Shown: positions 25,238-37,642 of the stretch, one piece after another
Position numbering within the stretch: position 1 is the first letter of the stretch
How the letters are laid out: each line of letters begins with the position of its first letter
Assembly: GCA_958009085.1 (NCBI GenBank)
Contig: OY253675.1
Span: 558,001-622,000 of the forward strand
Length of the DNA stretch: 64,000 nucleotides
Source: Protoeuglena noctilucae
Lineage: Eukaryota
Reading direction: 5' to 3'
The notes under the pieces: generated by a model
What the model was told of the DNA's origin: nothing
Seen by the model: only the letters and a program-made list of their open reading frames with translations
Database searches by the model: none
Translations under genes and position numbers: made by a program

Positions 25238-28155
25238 ATGGCGTCCGTGGCATCTGCCAGCCTTTGCGCCGCGGCCAGGGCCGCCGGGCCCGCGCGTCGC
25301 GGGGCGGCCAAGGCCGCGTCTCCCGTGACGCCCTCCGCCTCGCTTGCGGCCGCGAACACGTCCGTGGTGAGGCGGGGTGCCGGCCAATCGGGCGCATTCG
25401 CGAGGGAGCTGCGCGGGGGAGCGAGCGAGATGCAAGCGGTTGTCCCCGGCCCCGCGAGGATCCGATGGCCCGTCCCGCGCGCTCCCGGTCGCCTTCCCTG
25501 GGTCTTGATGCCGATCGCGCGTGGCGCGCGGCGGCTGCGACACCGCTGACGCCCTGCCGGTGGCCGCAGTGGGGATCCCTGGCGTCCCTGGACGCGCGGG
25601 CGTCCCGCGCCGCGTCCCTGATCGCGTCTGCTGTCGTCTCGGACGGTGCGCCCCTCGACCGCCCCCTTCGCGTGGCGGTCATCGGCGGGGGCCCGTCGGG
25701 GGCCTCCTGTGCCGAGGCCCTCGCCAAGGGCGGGGCCGAGGTCTACCTGATCGAGCGCAAGATGGACAATGCCAAGGCGAGTCGTTTTCAACTGCTCGTG
25801 CCGCCGGAAGCACGCGGGGAGCCCTGCACGAGCTGGATGGGCGTCTCGTTATCTGCCCTGTCGCGACGGCCGGTATCCGCCCGATGCCCGCGCGCTCGGC
25901 GTCCTCGATCAATAACGGGACTGATACTGTCGTAATGAACCGGGGGGCGCCCACCATGGGTCCGGAGAAGGGGTGGCTCCCCGCGTGCGGGGAGCCCCGA
26001 GACGAGTGCTGTCCCTGCTGTGGCCGCCCTCCGCGAGAATCCCGCGTCCTCCCCGCCCCGCCGCCGCGCTCACGTACAGCTCGATCTCGTCTCGCTCGCA
26101 GCCGTGCGGTGGCGCCATCCCCCTGTGCATGGTGGACGAGTTTGACCTGCCCAAGGAGATCATCGACCGTCGCGTCACCAAGATGAAGATGATCTCGCCC
26201 TCCAACCGGTGCGCAGCAGCCACGGCCATCGACTGCATGCTCCTTGATGCGACGCGTGCCCAGCGGAGTGTTGCCAGCACCCGGCGGCGGCGGCCGGTTT
26301 GCCCGGCAACTGTCAAGACGGACGCGTGCCGTGATGCCCCTGCAGGGAGGTGGACGTGGGCAAGACGCTGTCGGACCGCGAGTGGATCGGGATGTGCCGC
26401 CGCGAGATCCTCGACGACTTCATGCGCAAGCGGGCCAAGTCTCTGGGCGCCAAGCTCGTCAACGGCCTGTTCATGGGTTACGACTACGACCAGCCTGATG
26501 GGGAGAAGGGCTCCTTCGTCGGTGAGGCCGCCCACGCCGGCGCCAGCGACGCAGCGCAATGCTTGTGATCGTTAAGAGGCTTCCTTGTAGGCAGAGGCCA
26601 AGCTGCCTGCTGGGTGCTGACGCACCCGTCCCATGTCCCTGTCGTGGGTCCACCCACCCCACCGACTGATGCATCGGTGGACCGACCCCCGCCCGCCCCT
26701 CCTTTCGCCGCAGTCCGTTACAATGACTACGACGCGAGCAGCAAGGGCACCCCGGCGCAGGTGGAGGTGGACTGCGTGATTGGCGCGGACGGCGCCAACT
26801 CGCGCGTGGCCAAGGAGATGGATGCGGGCGAGTACGACTACGCCATCGCCTTCCAGGAGCGCATCCGCCTGCCCGCGGACAAGATGCAGTACTACATGGA
26901 CCTTGCGGAGATGTACGTGGGCGACGACGTGTCCCCCGACTTCTACGGGTGGGTGTTTCCCAAGTACGACCACGTGGCGGTGGGCACGGGCACGGTGCTC
27001 GACAAGACCAACATCAAGGTCTACCAGCAGGGGACGCGCGACCGCGCCGCCAAGCGCATCGAGGGCGGCAAGATCATCCGGGTCGAGGCACACCCCATCC
27101 CCGAGCACCCCAGGTGAATGATGGTGGTGGTGGTGGTGGTGGTGGTGGCTGCGGATCTGCGACACCAAGCTGTGGGACGCTGCTGGGACTGGGCTTGGCG
27201 GCAGAAGCCATGCCACGTCCCGTTGCCTGCCCCCGGATGCCTGGCTGTTGGGGCCATGCGCCCCGCACTGACCAGCACCCGCCCGGTCTCGCCCGCAGGC
27301 CCCGCCGTGTGCGCGGCCGTGTGACGCTGGTGGGCGATGCGGCTGGGTACGTGACCAAGTGCTCTGGGGAGGGTATCTACTTCGCGGCCAAGTCGGGGCG
27401 CATGTGCGGGGAGGCCATCATTGAGGCCACGCAGGCGAGTGGCAGTCGAAGCAATGCTGACAAGGCTGATGAGGAAGACTGCTCTGGGCAGAAGCCTTGC
27501 CGGCCAGGCGCCCGTGCCTGCGTCGGTGCCCGGGACATCAACCTCCCTGCTGTGATGGTTCGACTCGTACGTGTTGTGTCGCGACGCTGTCCAGGGGCGC
27601 ACCCCGCCCCACGCAACCCCCTGGCTCGGACGAGCTAATTGGAGATGCATTGACCACTCTGCCACCCTCGCGTCACCCTCACGTCACCCCCGTGTCACCC
27701 TCGCAGGGCAAGCGTATGGTGGCTGAGCGCGACCTGCGCGTGTACCTGGACCGTTTCGACAACAAGTACTGGGCCACCTACAAGGTCCTGGACATCCTCC
27801 AGAAGGTGTTCTACCGGTGAGTCAGCTCAGCGCAGTAGGCGATGCTGAAACTCGACTGTGGTTCCACAAGCACCACCTGGCCCGCTCACGTCACCCGCCC
27901 CCGCCTGACCCTTGCAGGTCCAACCCCGCCCGCGAGGCGTTCGTGGAGCTCTGCGACGACACGTACGTGCAGAAGATGACCTTCGACTCGTACCTGTACA
28001 AGACGGTCGTCCCCGGGAACCCCCTGGATGACATCAAGCTCCTCGTCCGCACCGTGTCGACGCTCGTCCGCGCCAACGCCCTCCGCCCCACGGGCGGCCG
28101 CTCCGTGGCCTTCGGCTCCGACATCGCCAAGAACCGCGAGGGCCTCGTCGCCTAA
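25238..28155 (+). CDS. CHLP: Geranylgeranyl diphosphate reductase
   Basis: LRVAVIGGGPSG, ERKMDNAK|PCGGAIPLCMVDEFDLP, VIGADGANSRVAK, YAIAFQERI, EMYVGDDVSPDFYGWVFPK, GDAAGYVTKCSGEGIYFAAKSGRMC and TFDSYLYK. Confidence 0.97.
27122..27148 (+). repeat. (TGG)9 microsatellite in a CHLP intron
   Basis: Nine perfect TGG units just after the donor at 27114. Confidence 0.9.
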
Positions 28156-28712
28156 GCGAGCCTAAGCGAGCAGCTCATGTCCTGGCGGGGCGCCTGGCGC
28201 AGTCGCGACACGCGCGCGTAGTGTGGTGCCCCGTGACAGGCCCTGCAGGGTTTCCTCGCAATGCACTGGGTTGCGAGTTCTTCTCCGCTTCTCGCCGCCC
28301 GCGATGCCGATGCTCGGTCACTCGGTCTCGCTTTGCGAGCGCCCTTGCATGCGTTGGCTGGGCCGCGTAGGGTGCAATGGTGGCCGCGTCGCCCCGTGCC
28401 CCTGCGCCGGTGTCTGCCCGCAAGCCCTGCGTTCGGAGAGCAGGCGCATTTTCCCATTCTCTCCGCCTGCTCGACCGTGCAGGTCTCTCTGATGTCTGTC
28501 CCCTGTCCTCGTATGCCATTGTCATGCCCTAGTGCCGCGGACTGACGTTCTTGAAGAGTCACAGCACGTTACGACGACGTGACAGCTTGGGATTCACACG
28601 TAGGGCAGCGGCGCCAAGAGAAGTGAGAACTGCACTTCATAGCCGCAGCAAGACAGCAAGCCACATTAGCAGACAAGACACGGTGCACAGCCAGCCCAGC
28701 CCTAGGCTCAGC

Positions 28713-30327
28713 TCAAGGCTTGGCAGTGGGCCCCGCAGTGTGTTTTTGAATCTCCTGCTGGTTGTGCCGAAGCACTTTGCCGGGCGCAGGGTAGGGCCTC
28801 TGCTGGAAAAGTGGACCTCCCGCAGTCGTGTCCGCAGCCTTGGGCTGCGACCCCTGCAGGCCCGCGCCCCACCCGCCACGAGGCGCATCGCTGCGGGAAG
28901 AAACGAGACGCGCGGTGCGACGCCGCAACAGGCAGCGACAAAGCGCCGCCTCCGCGATTGCAACCGCAGAAAGGCCATGCGCCACGTCGCCACGCTCTTT
29001 GCTCCCCCAAAGTCATGGAGTGCCACTCTACTGCACATATAACGATCAAAGATGCTGTCACCTGTATGCCGAAGGGTCCATAGGGTCGATGGCATCGGAG
29101 AACGTGCGCTTCTTTGTGCCCCCCGCTGCACCCGCGCGCCCGCCCCCTGCGCTCGGCCCCACCCCTGCAGGGCCACGAGCGCCCGCCCCACTTGCCGGCG
29201 CCGTCACCCGCTGGCCCAGCTGCTTCTTCAGCCGCGCCTCTGCGGTGCAAAACGCAGATGTCGCTTGTCTCGTACTTAAGTACTAGTATAAGTGTGAAAG
29301 TGGAGTCTGTGTGACACGTAATGTGTCAGCCATGTGTTACAGTGAAGTCTCACGCCGTGCCTCCTCACATTCACCAACCGCCATGCCCCCAGCCCCTTCA
29401 ACCGCATAAGCCCACCCCATGCCACTCCAAGCTCCGCCCCGCTTCCCCTCACCTGCACCCGGCGTATCCAGGTAGTACCCCAGCCCCGCGACCCCTGACT
29501 TGAACACGTACCCTGCCTTCCGCCCCCCAAACGCCTCCGCCGCCTCAAACAGCGGCCCAGTCACCGCCTCCTCCTCCACCGCTGTGCTTGCGTCCGGCTC
29601 TGCCCACTGGGACTTGCCAGACTGTCGGTGAAAGTAGTACTTTGCCCCATACTGCACGTCGACCGCAAAGGACCACCCGGGCGGCAACGTGCGTGGCCCT
29701 GTCCCGTCTGGCTCCCGCCACTGCCGCTCCCCCGTCGCGGGGTTGTAGTAGTACAGGACCTGAGACGCCGCGTCCCGCGCCTGGCACCACGGGGCAGGCA
29801 GAGCGCGGGGGTCGGTCATGCCGGGGGCGGCGGGGGTAGGGGCGGGCTTGGGTGCGGAGGCTGTCGAGGGGCCGGCACTGGCGTCGGGGGTCGCTGCTTC
29901 GGGGAGGATGCCGCGCGCCTTGAGGCGGGCGAGGAGGGCTGGAGGGAGCGATTTTTGGGAGGGCCCCGCGTCAGACGCAGGCTGAGGTGGCGCTGAGATG
30001 GACGGGGGCGGGAGGTGGCCGGGAGGAGCCGAGGTGGGCGGGGGCGCCTTGGGACCGCTCTGCGGGTGAGGGCGAGGTGCCGTGGGCGATTGGGGCGGAG
30101 ATTTGCAGCGCGTGAGGCTGAATATCGCGTCTATATCTCACCCGCGCGGCGATCTGCTGCAAAACGTTCGCGGGGGACTGGTAATTCGACCAGTCGCCCT
30201 CCCCCATGCCCCCGACGTGGCTTTTGGGCTCCGCGACGGGTCTCGACGCCGACAACTCGCGCTGCATGTTCACGAGCGCCTGCTTGATGTCCGTCGGGCC
30301 GCGCGGGGGCGGGCCGGGAGGCTTCAT
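28713..30327 (-). CDS. PQBP1: Polyglutamine-binding protein 1 homolog (WW domains + C-terminal YxxPxxVL motif)
   Basis: Two WW domains (LPAPW…[20 protein letters not shown]…[15 protein letters not shown]) and C-terminal [17 protein letters not shown]…[22 protein letters not shown]. Start tentative. Confidence 0.85.
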
Positions 30328-30858
30328 CGCTGCGGGAAGAACAGCGGGTGAGAACGGTCCGCTCTCTTCGGCTCAGCGTCCTCTCCATCGCTAGATGTGC
30401 GCTGAGGATAGCACAGGAGCTGTTGCACGTCCAAGATAGCCCCCAGACCTCGTTGAGAACCCACAAGTGAGGTTCACCGCGAAACACGCTGGGCCTCTCA
30501 CCCTCGGGCCCGCCCACTTGCTCTCCCGACATGTCTGCCGCTCCGCAGTCGTCTCACGCTTCGCAAGCGACACCGCGTAGCGCGATGAACCCTGATGCGG
30601 GCCGCTTTGGCGTCGCAGTGCGTCGGTCGATCCTTTCTCGCGATGGATGCGCCGATGGCACCGTTACACAGCCGCGATGGAAGCACTGGCGAATGTTTAC
30701 AGACATGCAGGCCGGCTGCGCGTCATCTGCTGGCACCCACGTCCGCTGGCGCTCGACACACGCTGGTACAGCAGCCAGCCAAGCGCTACGATGCCCAAAT
30801 CATTGCCGGTATATGCATTACCGCTGAACACACTGGACTGGCGTCTCAACCGGTGCTG

Positions 30859-32340
30859 ATGGCCACCGCACGCGGCGCCAGCAGCCGCCTGGCTGCGCTC
30901 CTGCGCCGGCACACGTCGTCCGCTGCGGCAGATGGGTCGATTCCAGACTTCGTGCGCGTGGTCGAGGTCGGACCGCGTGATGGGCTGCAGAACGAGCCCA
31001 CCCCGGTGGCCACCGCGGACAAGGCGAGCTCTAAATGAGATCGGAGCCCAGCCATGGTCGCCGAACGAGCTCGTACGCCCGCCATCTGACGCCCATCTGC
31101 GACGCATTGTCCCCCAGATCCGATTGATCAACATGCTGGGCGAGGCGGGCGTGCCTGTCATCGAGGCGACGAGCTTCGTGTCGCCAAAGTGGGTCCCGCA
31201 AATGGCCGACGCTGCAGAGGTCCTACAGGGCATGCAACGCGCGCCCGGGGTGCGCTACCCCGTGCTCACGCCCAACATGAAGGGCCTGGAGGTAAGGGTC
31301 ACGTTGCATGCCTGGTATCCTCCCCATTGCGATGTGAGGCACCCCTTGCCAGCTGAGTGGATCCCTTGTCACGCCCAATCCCGCAGGCAGCCATCGCCGC
31401 GGGAGCCACCGAGGTCGCCGTCTTCCCAGCCGCGACGCAGGTGACACGTGCATCACCCCATGAAGCAGGCACAGGGCACTACCCTAGCTCACCTCCTCAC
31501 CTCACCTTGTCCATTCCCCTCGACCCTGTCAACCCAGTCGTTCAATCGCCGTAACCTCAATTGCTCGACCGAGGACTCCTTGCGACGATTCGCCGAGGTG
31601 GCGCGGACAGCCTTGGACGCTGGGCTGGCGGTGCGGGGTTACGTGTCGGTGGCCATGGGGTGCCCCTATGAGGGGCGGGTGGAGCCCAGGGAGGCTGCCG
31701 CGGTGGTCAAGGCTGTCCTCGACATGGGGTGCTATGAGGTAAGGCATTGGATGGTACTTAGGGTGGCTGCGGGGTGGCTGTTGCAGTAGGGTCAGGCGTA
31801 GGGGGCCTGGCGAGGGCGGTGGGGTGGTGGCGACCTGGGTTGGTGGCAACAACCCACACTGTGTCCAATTTCACACCCCTGCAGGTGTCGGTGGGCGATA
31901 CCATTGGCGTGGGCACCCCAGGTTCCATTTCTGCCGTGGTTCGCGCGTGCCTGGCAGCCGGGGTGCCCGTCGCCCAGCTGGCGTTGCATCTGCACGACAC
32001 GTACGGGATGGCGGCAGCCAACTGCCTCGCGGCGCTTCAGTTGGGCGTCGCTACGTTTGACGCATCGGTGGCGGGGCTCGGGGGCTGCCCGTTTGCGAAA
32101 GGCGCTACGGGCAACATGGCCACAGAGGACCTCGTCTATCTCCTGAACGGTCTGGGCGTGAGGCACGGTGTGGATCTGGCAAAGCTGCTCGCTGCGAGCG
32201 AGGAGGCGAGCCGGGTCGCGGGGAGGCCGCCCGTGGCCAGGGCCGCTCGGGCGCTGCTGGCGGCACGGGACGGGGGCTCGGATGCCCTGAGGGAACTCGT
32301 GAACCTCAAGGGTGGGGGGGATGGTGGTCCCCAGAGCTAA
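30859..32340 (+). CDS. HMGCL: Hydroxymethylglutaryl-CoA lyase, probably mitochondrial
   Basis: [49 protein letters not shown]…[26 protein letters not shown] and [19 protein letters not shown]. Arg/Ala-rich presequence. Confidence 0.95.
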
Positions 32341-32487
32341 GTGAAGCAATACATGTACAGGGGATAATGCGAAACGGGCTCCGAGCTTTGAACATGTGAT
32401 GTGCATGCGTGTGCCCATCTACAGAGTTTGCAACCTTGCGGCATGCTTTGTCACGCCACAGCACGCGCCACCCAAGTCAAGCCATCG

Positions 32488-34816
32488 TCACGCTACAGCG
32501 CGCGCCACCCTGCCGGCCCTCCCAGTCCCCTGCGCCATCTGCTCGCCCCCCAGCTGCCCGCACGCCGCCATCTCGTCGTCCCCCTTGCTCTCGCGCACGG
32601 TGCATACGATCTTGGCCCTCCTCACGGTGTCCCGGAACGCAGCCGTGGTCTCTGGGGGAGTCCTCTGGAAGGGCGCACCGTTGTGGGGGTTGTACACTGC
32701 AGGTGCGGGGCGTGTTGGGTGGTAAATGATGGGATAGCCAGTTCAGAGGTTGCACCAGGCATCGAACTGCATCCCGACAGCAGCTGCACCCTACCCGCCC
32801 CTCACCGATCAGCTTAACAATGCACCGCACTGCACCCCGACAGCCACTGCACAACCCCTCACCGATAAGGTTGACGATGCACCGCACCCCCGCCAGCAGC
32901 TTCACGAGTCTCTCGGCGTCCTCCTGGCTGTCGTTGACGCCTTGAAGCAGCGTGTACTCGACCACGCAGAAGCGGTCCTTGCGGTCCCGGGGGAAGAGGT
33001 CCTCCATCGTCGCAATCAACTGTGGGGGTGGGAGGGCAGCGGTGATGTGGGGATAGAGGTCCTCCATCGTGGCGATCAACTGCGGGAGGAGGGAGGGCAG
33101 TGGTGATGTGGTGTGCGAGCCTGCCATCAGGCATCAGACTGGAATGTAGAGTAAGGCAGCGGACCGTGCTACATTGCTGTCTTCCCGCCACCCCTCACCT
33201 CCGACAGCGGATACCTCTTGTTGTTGGGCACGATTCGGCTGCGCACTTCGTCGGACGCCACGTGCAGCGACACGGCAAGCAGGCTGCGGCCCTGGGTGTC
33301 GTGCACGAACCGCCGCATCTCCGGCACCAGCCCCACCGTAGACACCGTCACGCCGCCCGCGCTGACGTTGAGGCCGTCGGCATCCTTGTCCCTGCTCGTC
33401 ATGATGTCCAAAGAAGCGAGGACGGCGTCGTAGTTGTGCAGCGGCTCTCCCATGCCCCTGCGTGGCGGGCGGCAAGGGCGCGGACTTAGCACCAGGCTAC
33501 CCTACCCACATCTGTTCACAGAGCACATTCCTCGGTCCATGTGACTCGCATCATCCCTTGCTGATAGAATCCATGCCCAGGTACAGCGAGGTACAGCGCG
33601 ACCGATGACGACAAGAGATGACACAGATGGCAGAGATGGCTAGCACTCACATGCACACGACAAGTGGTACAGATGGTATTTCCGGCTAACACTCACATGT
33701 AGACGACGTGGGAGACGGGCGTGGGGTCGTCCGCCTCCTCCAGCACCTTCCTTGCCTGCACCAGCTGCTCGACGATCTGGCAGGGCAGGAGCGAGGCGAG
33801 GAGGCCCAGCTTGCCCGTAAAGCAGAATTTGCACCCCATCGCGCAGCCGACCTGCACGGCACGAGGGACGAGGCAGCTGCCATGCACCGACGCATCGCGC
33901 TTTGGTCGGCCAGTGCACCGGGACATAAAGCGCGTTGGGATGAACGGACGTGCTTTACGCCACCTCACGGGCTAAACATGCCGCATCCACAGAGGAGAGA
34001 CTGCTCTGCAGCAAAGTGCGCACCTGGGAGGAGACGCACAGCGTGAACCGCCGGCGCTCCGTGGCGCCTGCAGCCATCGGGATGAGGACCGACTCGACCG
34101 CGAGGCCCCGCGCGGGGCCCTCCGTCGCCGTGAACACGAGCTTCCTCGTCCCGTCTGACGCCGCGTGCACCTCTTTGAGCTGCAGGCCGCCCCCGAGCGA
34201 CGACGATCGGGCCAGGGCCTCACGGATGCCTCGCGCGAGCGCGTAAGACGTACCCTGCGGCACGAAGAGTCGTTTTAATCACGTATCTGAGCGCGCAGAC
34301 CTCTGCAGGGCTTCCAAACGGACTGTGCAGCGCCCGCACCTGCGCGTCGTCCCATGAATTGATGCGATGCTTGTAAATCCAGCGCCACACGTGGCCCGCA
34401 CGATCTGAGCGGATACCGATGGTGGTCAGGAAGTGGCGCAGCTCCGAAAAACGAAGGCACTTGATCAACACGCGCCCCTCGGCGTCCAATGGCCAACTCG
34501 CCGCTTCCTGCGTCTGCAAAAGTGGTTTTCCATGCGACTCTGAGATGCAGCAGCTCCGACGATATGCAAAGAACACCGTCGACGCACTCACTTGTCCGGA
34601 GGAGGACGCGGTGGGCTCGAGTGGGCCCGGCAGGGTCGCATCATCCACCCGGCCGGAGGCGATGGCTGCGCCGACGACTCCCCCGGCGCGGCCCACGCTG
34701 TGCCTTGTTCGTGCGAAGAGATGGCTGGTAGGAGCTTGCAGCGTGGGCCGCTGCCGGCGCTGCGCAGGGGCGTTCACGGCCACGCCGACCAGGGCAGGCG
34801 CTGCCGCGCGCGACAT
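32488..34816 (-). CDS. rlmN: Radical SAM RNA methyltransferase, RlmN family (organellar)
   Basis: SDGTRKL, VESVLIP, TLCVSSQ|VGCAMGCKFCFTG (CxxxCxxC), VVYM|GMGEPLHN, VSTVG, AVSLH, VEYTLLQGVND and SKGDDEMAACGQL. Transit-peptide-like N-terminus. Confidence 0.92.
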
Positions 34817-35070
34817 GGCCACCGCTTGGAGGCGCCTGGCGCACTGCCGCGCTGACGAATGATCGATAGAGCAAAGGCGATGGAGATACTTTGGTTCCAC
34901 CCTTTCTTCGCGGCGCCTACGACCACAGCTATCTCTTGAGTCTCAATATCGAAGGTTGTTCGCCCTACGTCAGCATCCGTTCACTGGCGCAGCGAAAGTG
35001 CTTTGACAGGCATTCTTTCCAGTGCCTCAGGCCAAGAGAGGGACGAAACCCTACCCAGAATGCCAGACGC

Positions 35071-36830
35071 TCAGCTGAGCTTGAGACTCTCAACCGCCTT
35101 CTCTGCCCCGTCCACTGCTTCCTCTGCCCCCTCCCCTGCCGCTTCCGCAGCTGCGTCGTCCGCCACCCGCATGTTGCCCTGCTCCAGGGCCGCCTCCACC
35201 GCCCCCCGCTGAAAGGCACAGGAGCCGCAGTGAGGGGCTTTCCACCATATCCATGCATATCTCGTCCTGCACCACAGCTCAAAACCTCACCAGCTCCTCG
35301 TCCTTGAGCATCTCACGCAGCAGAGACGACGCGATGCTGCCGCAGTCACCATCGCCCCCTAAGCATTGCTGCACCAGCCCTGGAATGAAGCCCTCCACGT
35401 TCCCCACGCGCCTGCGACCAGACATGAAACAAACGCACATCTCGCTATGATATCAATAACATGGTTCACTGTTATACAGCCTTTGGACCGATATCCATTG
35501 TGCCGCCCATGCAACTGGTCACAGCCAAATGCGCCACCGGCACACTGTGAGTGACTCAAACCCCTTAAGCAGATGACCACGCGACACTGAGAGACCACCC
35601 ATGTCCCCTCACCTGAGGTTGGCGACCTTCTTCTCATCAGTCGTATTGGCCCCCGGCAGAAGCATGCCGGTGACCATGAGCGCCCGCACCGACAGCTCAG
35701 TGTCCGCAGCCGTGCCCTCGCCCGCGATCACGCGCGCCACGGAGCCCAAGACGTCGAGTTCCTCGGCTACCACTCGCGCCGGGTCGCCCGCACGCGCCAC
35801 CAGGAAGGCAAACATGTCGCAACACGCCACGGCCAGACCCGAGGGGATGTCGGCACGGGACAGGGTGCGGCCGACCTCCCGCAGCGCCTGCAGAAACAGC
35901 GGAAGGAGCGCTGGATGTGTGTCGCCAGTGCACAACTGCAAGGGTCCTTGCTACCTGCACTACCCAGGGCTGGTGTTCGTCACACGCCCTATGGACCCTA
36001 GCAGTGGACCTGACCTGGGATGCAAATGCCATTGCATATGCTCGTCACACACCTCAGCCAGCAGCACCCAGGAGCTCTCACCGAGGATGCGAGGGTCGGC
36101 TCGAGGCTGGGCTCGTGGGTGTGGACGAGGGCGTGGAGGAAGACAGTGGCGTTGGTGCGCAGGGACCAGGCGTTGTCCTGCGTGAGATGACATGCCGGGG
36201 AGGGTGGTCACTATCGCGTCACTACCACGTAGCATTACACGGGGTGCCATTGCACAAAGTGGGTAGTGACACACGCCTGTCTTCGTTAGACGCCGTCACG
36301 CCACCCCCGGGTCTCACCGCGCCCTCTGCCTCCATCTTCGCGGCGCGTTCGAGCAGCCTCTCGATGTCTTCAATGGCTCCGAGCCTGAAGGCTTCCCCGG
36401 ACATGTCGCACTCGGGCGGGTGGGAGCGGGAGGCGAGGGCGGTGAGCGCCGCAAGGATGTTGCCCAAAATCCCCACGTCTTCTCGCTCCTTCACCATGGC
36501 CATCAAAGGCGGCACAGCACGTTCCAGTCCCACGGGGATCTGGTTGCTGCGTTGGATCAAGGCCAGCAGCTGCAGCGACGCAAGCGTGACCTCCTCGTCC
36601 GTCAGTGACGTGCCCCGCTCGGCCAGCACCGCCGACAACACGAGCATCTGCGATGCCGGAGTGACGCGGGAACGAAGTCAGCGCTGCCGTGGCCATCGGC
36701 AAGAGCAGTTGAAGGGTCTAGCAGCGGCGGCCAGTTGCCCAGCACGCTTGCAGACCCCTCACCTGCCTCATGTCGCCGTCCAGCTGGCGGCGCTTGATTT
36801 CCGCCTGCAGCCTCTCGGACGCGGACCCCT
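35071..36830 (-). CDS. Uncharacterised alpha-helical (ARM/HEAT-like) protein; 5' end unresolved
   Basis: Spliceable coding exons: …AVPPLMAMVKEREDVGILGNILAALTALA…, ALREVGRTLSRADIP…VRALMVTGMLLP… and a final exon …KAVESLKLS*. Amphipathic helical pattern only. Confidence 0.5.
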
Positions 36831-37642
36831 GCGCAGGCGCAGAAGCTTCCGGTCGCGCGCCGCGCATTGCAGGCTCCCTTCGGTCAGCAGTCCATTTATC
36901 GGCACAGCAGCCGGCGCCGGACAGGCCCCTCGCGGCTATTGACGTTACGGATACATCCTCTAAGATTTATACATGCATCGACGACATCAAGTGGGGTCTA
37001 CAAAGGGCTGCTTGTGCTCACCCGACCCCGCACAGTTCCCCGTCCCCCCCGCCCTCCCCCAGCCGGGGCAAGACCCCTGCTGGCCATACCGAGTTATGTG
37101 TTGCTATCTGTGTCCTTAGATGTGCTCTTCAGCGCCCGAAATTCCCGTGCAGCCGCGCAGTGCGGATAAAAGAGACACAATGCGAAGGCCTGGCCTGATT
37201 TGCGACCCAGGATGGCGGCTGAGGAGTCGAGCTGCCAGAAAAGGGGAACAGCATTCCATTGGACCCCTTCGCTCGCTGGAAGGCAAGCATTGCCGTCCTC
37301 TGACGAGAGATGTCAGGCCCTAGCGTCTCGCGCCAGCCAGGTTCTGCAAATGGACGCTCTACTCGCCAAACACGCGTCTTCCTTGCAGTCTTCCAACAGC
37401 TGCTCATGGCGCTGTAGTGGTCCTGAAAACAGCTTGCGTTTTCTTTCACCCGTGCGCACGCTGATCTATTGCAGCAAGTTCTCCGCGTGCTGAGACTGTA
37501 TACTTTCCTTTGGAGGCGCGCTTTTTTTGCTGTATCGGAACATCTACCATCTTGGATCGTCGGTGGGATAGGGGGACATGCCGCTTGCCGCGGGGACGTG
37601 GCAAGGGGTGTGGCAAGCGTTCCGAGCCCGGGGACCCCCACG

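Noticed and set aside
26572..27216. Minus-strand ORF with a poly-His tract
   Set aside because: It is the antisense reading of the (TGG)9 microsatellite in a CHLP intron plus a CHLP exon.
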